Shown here: positions 35,864 to 45,102 of the stretch, piece after piece
Numbering within the stretch: position 1 is the first letter of the stretch
Layout of the letters: each line of letters begins with the position of its first letter
NCBI GenBank assembly: GCA_016927245.1
Contig: JAFGNA010000011.1
Location: forward strand, 29,330 to 93,329
DNA: 64,000 nt
Reading direction: 5' to 3'
Source: Candidatus Woesearchaeota archaeon
GTDB lineage: Archaea > Nanobdellota > Nanobdellia > Woesearchaeales > WJKR01
Notes under the pieces: model-generated
What the model was told of the DNA's origin: nothing
Seen by the model: only the letters and a program-made list of their open reading frames with translations
Database searches by the model: none
Made by a program: the position numbers and the translations under genes

Positions 35864-37390
35864 ATGACCCTGACAGGGTATGCGGGAGGACAGGTGGCAA
35901 GCCACATGGTATCAGTACAAGAGCTCCTGGACAACGGCGTCCTCATCGACCCAGGACTCGTAGAGCAGGGAATACCAGGAACAGTCCTCGGGCGGATACT
36001 CGAGAAGTACGGCGAAGACCTCGTAGTCATAGAGAAAGACATGGTCGAAGAATGCGCCGACCCCCAAGAGACCGGCGGCGCGAACGTCGAGGTCATCTGG
36101 TCCTACGATCAAGAGCCGAAGAAGCGCACCTACGACGACTTCGTAAAGCTCCTCCAAACACGTTTCCGTGAGCTTGAACACCTGCTCAAGACGCGGCAAG
36201 AACTCGCCTCGACGACCTCCATCAACAGGATAAAAGCAAAGCAGGACCGCGACCACGTCAGCGTCATCGCCATGGTCAAAGACAAGTCCGAGACCGCGAA
36301 CAACAACATCATGCTCGTCCTAGAAGACTTCTCAGGAACCATCAAAGCGCTCATATCATGCAAGAAACAGGAATTGTTCGACCTCGCCAAGGACGTGCAA
36401 CTCGACGAGGTCCTCGGCTTCACCGGCATGGGAGCGGGCGACATCATCTTCGTGGACAACATCATCTTCCCCGACATACCACTCACCAAGGAGCTCAAGA
36501 AGGCACCAAGGGAAGAGTACGCGGCGTTCATAGGCGACCCGCACTTCGGCAGCAAGGCTTTCCTCAAGGACGACTTCGAGCGCATGCTCCTCTGGCTACA
36601 AGGGAAAGCAGGGAACGACGAGCAGAGAGCCCTCGCCGCGAAGGTGAGATACGTGTTCATCACCGGCGACCTCGTCGAAGGAGTAGGCGTCTACCCCGGA
36701 CAAGAAAACGACCTCACCATCAAGGACATCAAGGAGCAATACGCAGAAGCCGCCGAGTACCTCTCACGCATACCACCCCGCATGCGCATCATCCTCTTCA
36801 CCGGCAACCACGACGCCGGCCGCCTCTCAGAGCCGCAAGAGCCCATCATGCGCGAGTACGCCCCGCAGCTGTACCACCACCCGAACATCACGATCACGAG
36901 CAACCCATCCATGGTGAACATCGGCGCCGCCGACGGCTTCCCAGGCCTCGACTGCCTCCTCTACCACGGCGGCAGCTTCATCTACTACGCAGACACTATC
37001 CCCAGCATCAGGGCGGCAGGAGGCCAGAAACGAGTCGATCTCATCATGCGCTACCTCCTGCAACGACGACACCTAGCCCCGACGCACAACGCGGCCATGA
37101 CCATCCCCACTACTGACAAGGACTGGCTGCTCATCGACCGAGTCCCAGACCTGTTCATCAGCGGCCACATCCACCGCGTGAGCGTCAGCAACTACAGGAA
37201 CGTGACGTGCATCAACGCAGGTTGCTGGACAGAGATAACTGAGGACCAGGTGAAGCGAGGCCTGGAGCCGCAGCCGAGCAAGCTCATCATCATCGGCCTG
37301 CACAACAGGCAAGTAAAATTGATGAACTTCAAAAAGGAACGATCAGCGCCCGCTAAGAGGACGAGCGATGAAGAACAGGAGGATCCCTGA
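35864..37390 (+). CDS. dp1: DNA polymerase II (PolD) small subunit DP1
   Basis: Calcineurin-like phosphoesterase motifs GDPHFG, GNHD, GHIH. OB-fold N-terminal region. 508 aa. Confidence 0.9.
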   Translation: MTLTGYAGGQVASHMVSVQELLDNGVLIDPGLVEQGIPGTVLGRILEKYGEDLVVIEKDMVEECADPQETGGANVEVIWSYDQEPKKRTYDDFVKLLQTRFRELEHLLKTRQELASTTSINRIKAKQDRDHVSVIAMVKDKSETANNNIMLVLEDFSGTIKALISCKKQELFDLAKDVQLDEVLGFTGMGAGDIIFVDNIIFPDIPLTKELKKAPREEYAAFIGDPHFGSKAFLKDDFERMLLWLQGKAGNDEQRALAAKVRYVFITGDLVEGVGVYPGQENDLTIKDIKEQYAEAAEYLSRIPPRMRIILFTGNHDAGRLSEPQEPIMREYAPQLYHHPNITITSNPSMVNIGAADGFPGLDCLLYHGGSFIYYADTIPSIRAAGGQKRVDLIMRYLLQRRHLAPTHNAAMTIPTTDKDWLLIDRVPDLFISGHIHRVSVSNYRNVTCINAGCWTEITEDQVKRGLEPQPSKLIIIGLHNRQVKLMNFKKERSAPAKRTSDEEQEDP

Positions 37391-40300
37391 TGGCCAAGGA
37401 TGGCATGGCGTGCAGCCCCGCCATCAAGGCGTACTTCGACGATATCGAACGCAAGACGAAGAAAGCCTTCGAGGCGGCCACGGAGGCACGCCAACAAGGA
37501 TACGACCCTGAACGATTCGTAGAGGTCAAGCTCGCCAAGAACATGGCTGAACGAGTAGTAGGCATCATCAGCGTCGCGGCCCCGCAGATCATCGGCAGCG
37601 GCGTGACCGAGCGCATCATCGAGCTCGAGAAGGAGTACGGCCTCCAGGACTGGCGAGTCGCGTTCGTCATCGCGCTCGAGATAGCGCGGCAACGACACTG
37701 CTCCTTCAAGGACGAGCTCGAGGCGATAGAGGTAGGCGTCAGGACAGGGTTCGCGTACGTCACGGTGGGCGTGGTCTCCTCCCCGCTAGAAGGGCTGACG
37801 AGCATCGACATCAAGCGTCGCAGGGACGGCCGAGGAAGCTATTTCTGCCTGAACTACGCAGGCCCCATCAGGAACGCTGGGGGGACCGCCGCCGCAGTCT
37901 CAGTCCTCATCGCTGACTACGTTCGCAAGCACCTAGGCTACGCAAAGTACGACCCTGATGAGAAAGAGGTGCAGCGCTGCTACGCCGAGCTCGAGGACTA
38001 CCACCAATACGTCGCCAACCTGCAATACTACCCGTTCAAGGAGGAGTCCGAGTTCCTCATGCGGCACATCCCCGTAGAGATAGCCGGCGACCCGTCTGAG
38101 AAGCGAGAGGTGTCCAACGTCGGCGTCAAGGACCTCCCGCGCGTGCAGACCAACCACCTCCGCAGCGGCTACTGCCTCATCCACTCATCATGCATCCCGC
38201 TCAAGGCTCCCAAGCTATGGAAGCAGATCTCCAAGTGGAAGGAAGAGATGGGCATGGAGGACTGGGAATTCCTCGAAGAGCACATCAAGCTGCAGAAGGA
38301 GCTCAAGGCGAAGCAGGCAGAGCAGACAGCCCAGCACCAAGAGAGCGACGCGAAGATCAAGCCTGACGGCACCTTCGTCGCAGACCTCGTCGGCGGCCGA
38401 CCAGTACTCGGACACCCGATGAGGAGCGGCGGCTTCCGCCTCCGGTACGGCAGGAGCAGGGCTTCCGGCTACTCAGGACAAGCGACACACCCGGCAACCC
38501 TCGCCATCCTGAACGGGCTCATCGCCACGGGCACCCAGCTCAAAGTGGAACGGCCAGGGAAAGCCGCGGCGTTCACCACGTGCGACACCCTCATGGGGCC
38601 CATCGTCAAACTCGATGACGGCAGCGTGGTGTCGTTGCGGGACGAGGCGACCGCTCGTGAACTCTCCCCGCGCGTCAAGGAGATACTCTACCTCGGCGAC
38701 GCCCTCATCAACTATGGCGATTTCTTCGACCGCGCCCACGTCCTCGTCCCCCCAGGCTACGTCGAGGAGTTCTGGGCGCTCGAGGCCGAGGAGTCGTTGC
38801 GAGAGCACGGCGATGAGCCAGACGCGCGGCTACGGGAAGCGATCAATAACCCGCTCTCCACCAAGGTGTCTTTCTCAGAGGCAAAGTCATGGTCCTCTTC
38901 TTACGGCTTGCCGTTGCACCCCTCGCACCTGTTCTTTTACGCCGAGGTCGACAAGGAGCAGTTGCTCGCCCTCGCGTCCTGGCTTGGCAAGGCGTCGTTC
39001 ATGCTCGGAGGCTCCCCCAGCGTATCGCTCCCGCTCCCTCACCCTGGGAAGCGCACGCTCGAGCTGCTCGGCGTGCCGCACCGCGTCGAGGATGGCCTCG
39101 CAGTCGTGTCCGGCGACGACGCCCTCGCGCTCACGGCCACGTTGCGGGTGAGGAGTAAGGAGGAGGCGTCATCGCTCGAGTCGTTCGTCAAGGACGCGGA
39201 GGGCTCAGCGCTCAGCATCGTGCAGGAGCGAGCATCGTTCATCATCAAGGACAAGTCAGGATTGTTCATAGGGGCGCGCATGGGACGGCCGGAGAAGGCG
39301 AAGATGCGTAAGATGACAGGCAGCCCGCACACGTTGTTCCCCGTCGGCGCTGAGGGCGGCCGGCTCCGCAGCTTCCAGTCAGCGTTGGAGAAGGGGCTCG
39401 TCACCGCGGAGTTCCCCGTGTTCCTCTGCCCTGAGTGCGGTCATCGCTCCCCTTTCTCTGTGTGCGACAAGTGCGGCGCTCTCGGCGTTCGCCAGAAGGT
39501 TCATCCGCGAACTGAGGATCTCGTGCCGCCCGGGGCTGCTGAGGAATCAGGGATCGAGTTCCTTGACTTCAAGCGGTGGGGCGTGCCTATCAGGGACCTC
39601 TTCGACTATTGCTTGCGGCGCATGGGCACGAAGGTGTACCCTGACTTGGTCAAGGGCGTTCGCGGCACGGTAGGCAAGGACCACACCCCCGAGCACCTCC
39701 TCAAAGGCATCTTGCGGGCGAAGCACGACGTCTACGTGAACAAGGACGGCACGGTGCGGTACGACGCGTCAGAGGTCGCCCTGACGCACTTCAAACCGAA
39801 AGAGGTCGGGACGCCTGTCGCTCGTCTGCGAGAGCTCGGCTACACCAAGGATAATAAGGGGGAGGAGTTGCGGCGCGATGACCAGGTGCTTGAGCTCCGC
39901 GCCCAGGACGTCGTCCTGCCCGCCTGCCCTGACAGCCCTGATGAGGGGTCTGACAAGGTGCTCGTGAGCATAGCGAAGTTCCTGGACGAGCTGCTCGTCA
40001 CGTTGTACGGGCTCCCGCCGTTCTATAATGTCTCTTCTCGCGATGACCTCGTCGGCCACATCGTCGTGGGGTTGGCGCCGCACACCAGCGCAGGGGTGGT
40101 GGGGCGTATCATCGGCTTCAGCAAGACGCAAGGGTTCTTCGCGCACCCGTTGTACCACGCCGCTATGCGACGGGATTGCGATGGTGACGAGTCGTGCTTC
40201 TTCCTCCTCATGGACGCGTTCATGAACTTCTCCCGCCGCTTCATGTCAACGTCTCGCGGTAGCACCATGGACGCTCCTTTGGTGTTGACTACCTTGCTCA

Positions 40301-40932
40301 ACCCGGCAGAGGTGGATGACATGGCGTTCAAAATGGACATCGCTGATCATTACCCGCTCGAGTTCTACCGTGCGTGCCAGGAGTACAAGATGCCGTGGGA
40401 TGTTTCTGTCAGGAAGATCGGCGACGTCCTCTTCACCCCCGCGCAGTTCGAGGGTATGCGCTTCACGCACGGCACTGATGACATCAACGCAGGGGTGTTG
40501 TGCAGCGCGTACAAGCTCTTGCCGTCCATGGGGGAGAAGATTGCCGCTCAGATGGACTTGGCGGAGAAGCTGCGCGCGGTGGACACCGCTGATGTCGCTC
40601 GCTTGGTCATCGAGAAGCACTTCATCAGGGATACCAAGGGCAATCTGCGCAAGTTCTCATTGCAGCAGTTCCGGTGCGTGCAGTGCAACGAGAAGTTCAG
40701 GCGTCCTCCTCTGAACGGCCGGTGCTCCTCGTGCGGCGGCAAGGTCATCTTCACGATTTCTGAAGGATCAGTCACCAAGTACTTGGAGCCGTCGTTATTG
40801 CTCGCGGAGAAGTACGACCTGGACGCGTATTTGCGGCAGACGCTGGAGCTGACCAGGGTGCGTGTCGAGTCGTACTTCGGCAAGGAGAAGGAGAAGCAGA
40901 CAGGGTTAGCGGGCTGGCTGGGCGGCGGGTGA
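37390..40932 (+). CDS. dp2: DNA polymerase II (PolD) large subunit DP2
   Basis: 1180 aa. Conserved DP2 regions including Zn-binding CPECG..CDKCG and the catalytic region. No intein (canonical length). Confidence 0.9.
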   Translation: MAKDGMACSPAIKAYFDDIERKTKKAFEAATEARQQGYDPERFVEVKLAKNMAERVVGIISVAAPQIIGSGVTERIIELEKEYGLQDWRVAFVIALEIARQRHCSFKDELEAIEVGVRTGFAYVTVGVVSSPLEGLTSIDIKRRRDGRGSYFCLNYAGPIRNAGGTAAAVSVLIADYVRKHLGYAKYDPDEKEVQRCYAELEDYHQYVANLQYYPFKEESEFLMRHIPVEIAGDPSEKREVSNVGVKDLPRVQTNHLRSGYCLIHSSCIPLKAPKLWKQISKWKEEMGMEDWEFLEEHIKLQKELKAKQAEQTAQHQESDAKIKPDGTFVADLVGGRPVLGHPMRSGGFRLRYGRSRASGYSGQATHPATLAILNGLIATGTQLKVERPGKAAAFTTCDTLMGPIVKLDDGSVVSLRDEATARELSPRVKEILYLGDALINYGDFFDRAHVLVPPGYVEEFWALEAEESLREHGDEPDARLREAINNPLSTKVSFSEAKSWSSSYGLPLHPSHLFFYAEVDKEQLLALASWLGKASFMLGGSPSVSLPLPHPGKRTLELLGVPHRVEDGLAVVSGDDALALTATLRVRSKEEASSLESFVKDAEGSALSIVQERASFIIKDKSGLFIGARMGRPEKAKMRKMTGSPHTLFPVGAEGGRLRSFQSALEKGLVTAEFPVFLCPECGHRSPFSVCDKCGALGVRQKVHPRTEDLVPPGAAEESGIEFLDFKRWGVPIRDLFDYCLRRMGTKVYPDLVKGVRGTVGKDHTPEHLLKGILRAKHDVYVNKDGTVRYDASEVALTHFKPKEVGTPVARLRELGYTKDNKGEELRRDDQVLELRAQDVVLPACPDSPDEGSDKVLVSIAKFLDELLVTLYGLPPFYNVSSRDDLVGHIVVGLAPHTSAGVVGRIIGFSKTQGFFAHPLYHAAMRRDCDGDESCFFLLMDAFMNFSRRFMSTSRGSTMDAPLVLTTLLNPAEVDDMAFKMDIADHYPLEFYRACQEYKMPWDVSVRKIGDVLFTPAQFEGMRFTHGTDDINAGVLCSAYKLLPSMGEKIAAQMDLAEKLRAVDTADVARLVIEKHFIRDTKGNLRKFSLQQFRCVQCNEKFRRPPLNGRCSSCGGKVIFTISEGSVTKYLEPSLLLAEKYDLDAYLRQTLELTRVRVESYFGKEKEKQTGLAGWLGGG

Positions 40933-40984
40933 TCTGGAGGGTTTTTCTTTCTGGGTATGATTACTGTTAACACTCGAGCTTGGT

Positions 40985-41120
40985 CGATTTTCGTAGAAAA
41001 TCAGACGGAGCTGCAAGCGAAGTGACCAAGGTCGTGTTTAGCTCTTCCGAAGCCGCAGGCTGAGAGGACGCAGTCCGTGGGTCGAGGAGAACTTTTGTTC
41101 GACGACGAAGTCACTGTTCC
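40985..41120. repeat. Non-coding repeat element, copy A of a ~150-nt family
   Basis: ttcgtagaaaatcagacggagctgcaagcgaag...cgtgggtcgaggagaacttttgttcgacgacgaag is about 70-75% similar to copies at 41893-42045 and 42048-42090. Confidence 0.4.
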
Positions 41121-41213
41121 TATAACAAAAAAGAGAGAGTTGCCGCCGCTCATTCGTACCTTTTTAAACCAAAAACCAGAAGGTTTTTATAGTTATACAA
41201 ACTTATATACCTT

Positions 41214-41492
41214 ATGCCGCAAGCACTAGCAAAAAAAGAAATTCTACATTATCCTCGATTAGACACTGTTCTAATGGTTGAGGAGCTCATCAAAGAACAC
41301 TCAGGCGAGTACAAAAAAAAGGCACTTTGGGAGTCACTTCCAAAAGGAATGATGTATCAAACATTCTGTGTGGTCTTTGATTACTTGCTAGATTCAGGAA
41401 AAATCGCTCTAGATAAAGAAGGACACATCGCATGGATCTGGAATCCAGAACTCGTAAAAAAATACTTGTCAAAACCAGAACTTTGGGTGTGA
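41214..41492 (+). CDS. Putative antitoxin partner (92 aa, possible winged-helix)
   Basis: Small ORF ending 4 nt before the RelE-like gene start. Low GC. No recognisable RelB/Phd motif. Confidence 0.3.
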   Translation: MPQALAKKEILHYPRLDTVLMVEELIKEHSGEYKKKALWESLPKGMMYQTFCVVFDYLLDSGKIALDKEGHIAWIWNPELVKKYLSKPELWV

Positions 41493-41495
41493 ACC

Positions 41496-41825
41496 ATGGA
41501 GTCAAAGGTAACATTTGGAGATATAAAGCTCAAAGAAGCATATACTAAATTGAAGACTTCAAAAACTGAAGATCAAATGCTTTACAAATGGATAACAAGA
41601 GCAATAGATGATCTAAAAGTAAATGCCTTTTGTGGAACGCAAGTTCCAAAGAGAGTCATCCCAAAAATCTACACTGAGAAATACGAGACGGACAATCTTT
41701 GGAAATATGACTTGCCAAAAGGATGGAGACTCATCTACACTATAGCAAATGGCGAAGTACTTATCATTTCAATAATTCTAGAATGGATGACTCACAAAGA
41801 CTACGAAAAAAGATTCAAATACTAA
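41496..41825 (+). CDS. relE: RelE/ParE-family toxin (mRNA interferase)
   Basis: C-terminal KGWRLIYTIANGEVLIISIILEWMTHKDYEKRF matches the archaeal aRelE pattern (GDYRVIYSV....V.IL.L.PRG) and overall fold pattern. Confidence 0.5.
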   Translation: MESKVTFGDIKLKEAYTKLKTSKTEDQMLYKWITRAIDDLKVNAFCGTQVPKRVIPKIYTEKYETDNLWKYDLPKGWRLIYTIANGEVLIISIILEWMTHKDYEKRFKY

Positions 41826-41892
41826 AAAAGGCGGCAACTCTCTCAAAAACAATAAATAACAGTGATTGAGCTATACATCGGGCTTAAGGAGA

Positions 41893-42095
41893 GTTTCGAC
41901 TGAAAGGAGAAATTCGGGCGGAGTCTGCAAGACGAAGCTCTTTAAGCCCTGTTAAGTCGCCCCGAGCAATTTATTGCGAGAGCCTGCAAGGCGTGGGTCG
42001 GAGTAAAACTTGTTTTACGTAGAAGTAAAATTTGAGCTCTTAATATTCATTCGACTGAAGGGAGTCAAAATGTGCGGAGCACTAGTGGAAGCTTA
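41893..42095. repeat. Non-coding repeat element, copies B1 (full) and B2 (partial) in tandem; possible small structured RNA
   Basis: TTCGACTGAA(A/G)GGAG..GCGGAG repeated about 155 nt apart. B1 contains ggagtctgcaagacgaag and gagcctgcaaggcgtgggtcggag, matching copy A. About 45% GC. Confidence 0.4.
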
Positions 42096-42650
42096 TTAAA
42101 ATAATGAATCCTTAAAATAATCTTTGTAGTATATTGATCTTGAATTGCTAATTAATTTGTCATTATTATAATTAATTATTTCTAATGCTAGTTCTACATC
42201 ATAAAAATTTCTTTCAAAATATATTTCATTATTCTTGCTCCTATCATCAAAATATCCTAACCGTATTTGTTTTTGTTTTTCAATATCCTTTTCTCCTTTG
42301 AAAAGTTTAACTTGTATTTTTTGTTCAAGTGTTATTGGACTATAGAAACCTTCAAATACTAATTTTTTAATAGGTACTGTTTTTTTCGCAGGTACAACAT
42401 CTAAAATATATTTAGTTATCATACCACATTGAATATTTTGGACTGTAATCATATCTCCATAGATATCATCAAAACGTTTACCATCTTGTCCAATTGTTTC
42501 CCCATTATGATCTAGTGAGACTATCTTGATTGATTGGTGAACTATTTGAGATTCTGTAAGTATGTGTGCTATTTTAAATTCTTCAGTAACTATTAAATCT
42601 GAAATGCTTTTGTAAACTCGTTTCTTTGAATCCATATTATTGGAATTCAA
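42096..42650 (-). CDS. Hypothetical protein, about 30% GC, apparently foreign origin
   Basis: 184 aa. Strongly AT-biased codons unlike host genes. No recognisable motifs. Confidence 0.4.
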   Translation of the reverse strand: MNSNNMDSKKRVYKSISDLIVTEEFKIAHILTESQIVHQSIKIVSLDHNGETIGQDGKRFDDIYGDMITVQNIQCGMITKYILDVVPAKKTVPIKKLVFEGFYSPITLEQKIQVKLFKGEKDIEKQKQIRLGYFDDRSKNNEIYFERNFYDVELALEIINYNNDKLISNSRSIYYKDYFKDSLF

Positions 42651-42848
42651 TTTATCTATAAAAAGTTTTCCGCAGCTTTCACTTTTTGTTTCTTTTTTTT
42701 AAAAAGAAAGAGAGCTCAAATTTTATTCGACTTAACACGTATTTAGCGACCTTTTGGGAGCATAAAACGTGTTATGATTGCCGCGTAGCGGATGCTTTCC
42801 GGCTTCTTAGCTGTCATCGTTTTGAATTACTCTCTTTTTTGTTCCTTC

Positions 42849-43658
42849 ATGGATTATATGGCTCGTTTGCAGGAGGAGTGTGATCTTCGTGGTTTTAGCC
42901 GTCAGACTAAGAAGACTTATGCGTGTGTCGTCTCTTCTTTCCTCTGTTTTGTTGAGAAAAGAGGTTTAACCCTTGACAAGGTGGGTGTTAAGTCGTATTT
43001 GCTCTCCTTGCAGGTCTCTGCTAACGCCGCTCGCCTCTATCACGCCGCGCTCAAGTTCTTCTTCGCCAGCGTCCTCGATGACCCTTTCTCTGACGTGGAA
43101 GTCCCTAAGAAGCGGAAGCCTAAGATCCTTCCCAAGGTCCTCTCTAAGGAGCAGATCAAGAAAATCATTGATTCCACGGAGAACCTCAAGCATCGCCTTG
43201 TCATCAAGCTCCTCTACTCGTCTGGTTTGCGCCTCCAAGAACTCATCAATCTCAAAAGGGCGCATGTCGACTTCGACAGGGGTCTTATCAACGTCGTCCA
43301 AGGCAAGGGCAAGAAGGATCGGGTCACCCTCCTCTCAAATGAACTCCGGTTGGACCTCCTCAAATACTACAGCTTAACAACTTTCCAGACGCCGTACGTG
43401 TTCGAAGGACGAAAAGGCAAGTACAGCAAGAAGTCCGTGCAGAAGGTCTTGGAGAAAGCGGGGAAAGCCATCGATGCAGAGCTCACCCCGCACATGCTCC
43501 GCCATTCCTTCGCCACGCACCTCTTGGAGGCTGGCGTCGACATCCGTTTCATACAGAAACTTTTAGGTCACGCTGATGTGAAGACGACCGAGGTCTACGC
43601 GTACGTCTCCAATCAGTCGCTCGCCGCTATCGAGAACCCGTTGGATCGCTTGGCTTAG
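42849..43658 (+). CDS. Tyrosine recombinase/integrase (XerA/XerC/D-like)
   Basis: C-terminal catalytic HMLRHSFATHLLEAGVDIRFIQKLLGHADVKTTEVYAYV (H..R, H, Y) and N-terminal SAM-like domain. About 50% GC with T-ending codons (gat, cgt, ctt, ttt) unlike host C-ending usage. Likely start at 42849. Confidence 0.8.
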   Translation: MDYMARLQEECDLRGFSRQTKKTYACVVSSFLCFVEKRGLTLDKVGVKSYLLSLQVSANAARLYHAALKFFFASVLDDPFSDVEVPKKRKPKILPKVLSKEQIKKIIDSTENLKHRLVIKLLYSSGLRLQELINLKRAHVDFDRGLINVVQGKGKKDRVTLLSNELRLDLLKYYSLTTFQTPYVFEGRKGKYSKKSVQKVLEKAGKAIDAELTPHMLRHSFATHLLEAGVDIRFIQKLLGHADVKTTEVYAYVSNQSLAAIENPLDRLA

Positions 43659-44068
43659 ATCTTGCTCGTGAACGTGTAGCGGGCGCCGCACGCTTGGCAT
43701 TTGAAGTAGTAGATGTCGCCTTCTTTTGACAGTTTCGTGTCGGGCTTGTGGCATTCCCTGCAGATGACGAACTCGTCCGCGTAGCTTTGCAGCTTCTCGT
43801 TGATCTTGCTGGCGGGGATCTTGCTGCCGAAGATGATGAGTTGGTTGACTTGTTCTGCGGTGGTGGCGAGCTCTCGGGAGAGGTATTTGAGGAGGTGCTT
43901 TATGGGTCTGTGCAGGGCGTCCGCTATCTGGTGCAGGTTGCTGATGATGGTCTTGGTGCCTTGCTGGTGGCCTTTGACTTTGGGCAGTTGGAACCGTTCT
44001 TCAGCGTGGTTGATCTCGGGCAGGGCTTCTTTTGCCTGTTTGAGGAGTTGGTGGTAATCGGGAGGCAT
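43655..44068 (-). CDS. eif2b: Translation initiation factor aIF2 beta subunit
   Basis: C-terminal zinc ribbon CRECHKPDT...KCQACGA and N-terminal helix region typical of aIF2-beta. Confidence 0.85.
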   Translation of the reverse strand: MPPDYHQLLKQAKEALPEINHAEERFQLPKVKGHQQGTKTIISNLHQIADALHRPIKHLLKYLSRELATTAEQVNQLIIFGSKIPASKINEKLQSYADEFVICRECHKPDTKLSKEGDIYYFKCQACGARYTFTSKI

Positions 44069-44149
44069 GCGTGCTGAGAACCAGCGGTGTTTTATAAAGC
44101 TGTTGGGTCCTCTAGTTTTTTAAAGGGAAGGTGTTTTCTCGGTGTCCGC

Positions 44150-44223
44150 GGGCTCTTAGCTCAGCCTGGTAGAGCGCAACGTTCGCAACGTTGAGGCCGC
44201 GGGTTCGAATCCCGCAGAGTCCA
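44150..44223 (+). tRNA. tRNA-Ala: tRNA-Ala (anticodon CGC), no encoded CCA
   Basis: Cloverleaf derived by hand. Acceptor GGGCUCU/AGAGUCC with G3:U70 Ala identity pair. D-arm GCUC-AGCCUGGUA-GAGC. Anticodon stem CAACG/CGUUG, loop UUCGCAA. T-arm GCGGG-UUCGAAU-CCCGC. Discriminator A. Upstream TATA TTTTTTAAA at about -30. Confidence 0.85.
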
Positions 44224-44262
44224 TCGCTTCTCTTTTTTGGTTTTGTTCTTGGGGTTTTTTCT
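44224..44262 (+). terminator. T-rich terminator tract downstream of tRNA-Ala
   Basis: tcgcttctcttttttggttttgttcttggggttttttctc. Archaeal terminators are oligo-T runs. Confidence 0.5.
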
Positions 44263-44596
44263 CGTCGGGTTGTTTGGTGGTCAATGATTTTGTTTCACTA
44301 TAGTATTTACTATATTGCAAATAAATAATTTGAATTAATTTCATTAAGGAAAATTATTCTCTCGTACTCACAACCTATAAATACGAGTTATGCAACCAAG
44401 ATCAATGATGGACAGCAGGCACGCTTGGATGACGTACGTCATTGTCCGAGACTGCGTGCTGTTCGCCAAGCGATCCGCGTGCTAGGGCAACACCAAGAAC
44501 CGGTGGTGCACGAGCGCGCGGACAACAAGGTTCTCCGAAGCTCTGCACCGCCAGCGACGGCGCTGTCCCGCACACGGACCGCATGAAGCAACAGCC

Positions 44597-45004
44597 ATGG
44601 AGGTGGTGAAATTGTACAGCTGTGTGGAATGCGGGGAGGTCATCACCAACCCCATCAGCGAGCAGCGCCTCGCCCTCGAGTTCAGGGCGTGGCTGGCAGA
44701 GATGGACGGCGCTTTGGAAGAGCGGTTCTCCGAAGAGTACGTCTCGCGCGCCGACTTCATCGACGAAGAATGCGTCGGCCAGGAGTGCATCCTGACCAAG
44801 CGGAAGATGGATGTCTGCCCGTATTGCGTCGCCGCACAGCTCATCGACTGGCTGCACAGCGCCACGTTCGACCCGGTCGTCCTGGATGCAGCCCTGGATT
44901 TCTTCGTCGCCCGCCAGGATGAGCCGTACGTCCTGCAGCGGTTGCGGGCGAAAGGATGTGGCGTGAGGATCATGCTGACGCGAACCCAGCGGCTCATGGC
45001 ATGA
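44597..45004 (+). CDS. Hypothetical CxxC...CxxC zinc-ribbon protein
   Basis: YSCVECGEV...DVCPYCVAAQ. GC3-rich host-like codons. The overlapping 297-aa minus-strand ORF (44402-45295) is judged antisense noise. Confidence 0.45.
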   Translation: MEVVKLYSCVECGEVITNPISEQRLALEFRAWLAEMDGALEERFSEEYVSRADFIDEECVGQECILTKRKMDVCPYCVAAQLIDWLHSATFDPVVLDAALDFFVARQDEPYVLQRLRAKGCGVRIMLTRTQRLMA

Positions 45005-45050
45005 CTGTTTTTCCTTTTTTTTCCATCTGCATTCGGTTCTTTTCCAGGCA

Positions 45051-45102
45051 TCCCCTCCACAGCGCCTCTCCCCCGCAAATCTCCACAGGAAATGAAAGGG
45101 TG
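45051..45102. promoter_or_regulatory. ORB-like element(s) between the Zn-ribbon gene and tbp
   Basis: CTCCACAGGAAATGAAAGGGTG (~45081-45102) closely matches the oriC element CTCCACACGAATAAAAGGGGTG. A second CTCCACAG half lies at ~45054. An AT-rich stretch follows. Confidence 0.4.

Larger units (their letters stand above)
41127..41849. mobile_element. TIR-bounded cassette carrying a RelE/ParE-type toxin-antitoxin pair; MITE-like, no transposase
   Basis: Perfect 15-bp terminal inverted repeats GAGAGAGTTGCCGCC (41133-41147) and GGCGGCAACTCTCTC (41830-41844). Flanking A5-6 runs on both sides look like a possible target-site duplication. Internal GC is about 35% against a host ~60%. Confidence 0.45.

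Noticed and set aside
36358-37116. 252-aa ORF in another frame of dp1, plus several antisense ORFs through dp1 and dp2
   Set aside because: PolD genes are unambiguous by motif. These ORFs are R/H/P-rich off-frame products.
43655-44223. tRNA-Ala as the att site of the integrase island
   Set aside because: A host-like aIF2-beta gene separates the recombinase from the tRNA, and no duplicated tRNA 3' fragment was found nearby. Integration into the tRNA is unsupported.
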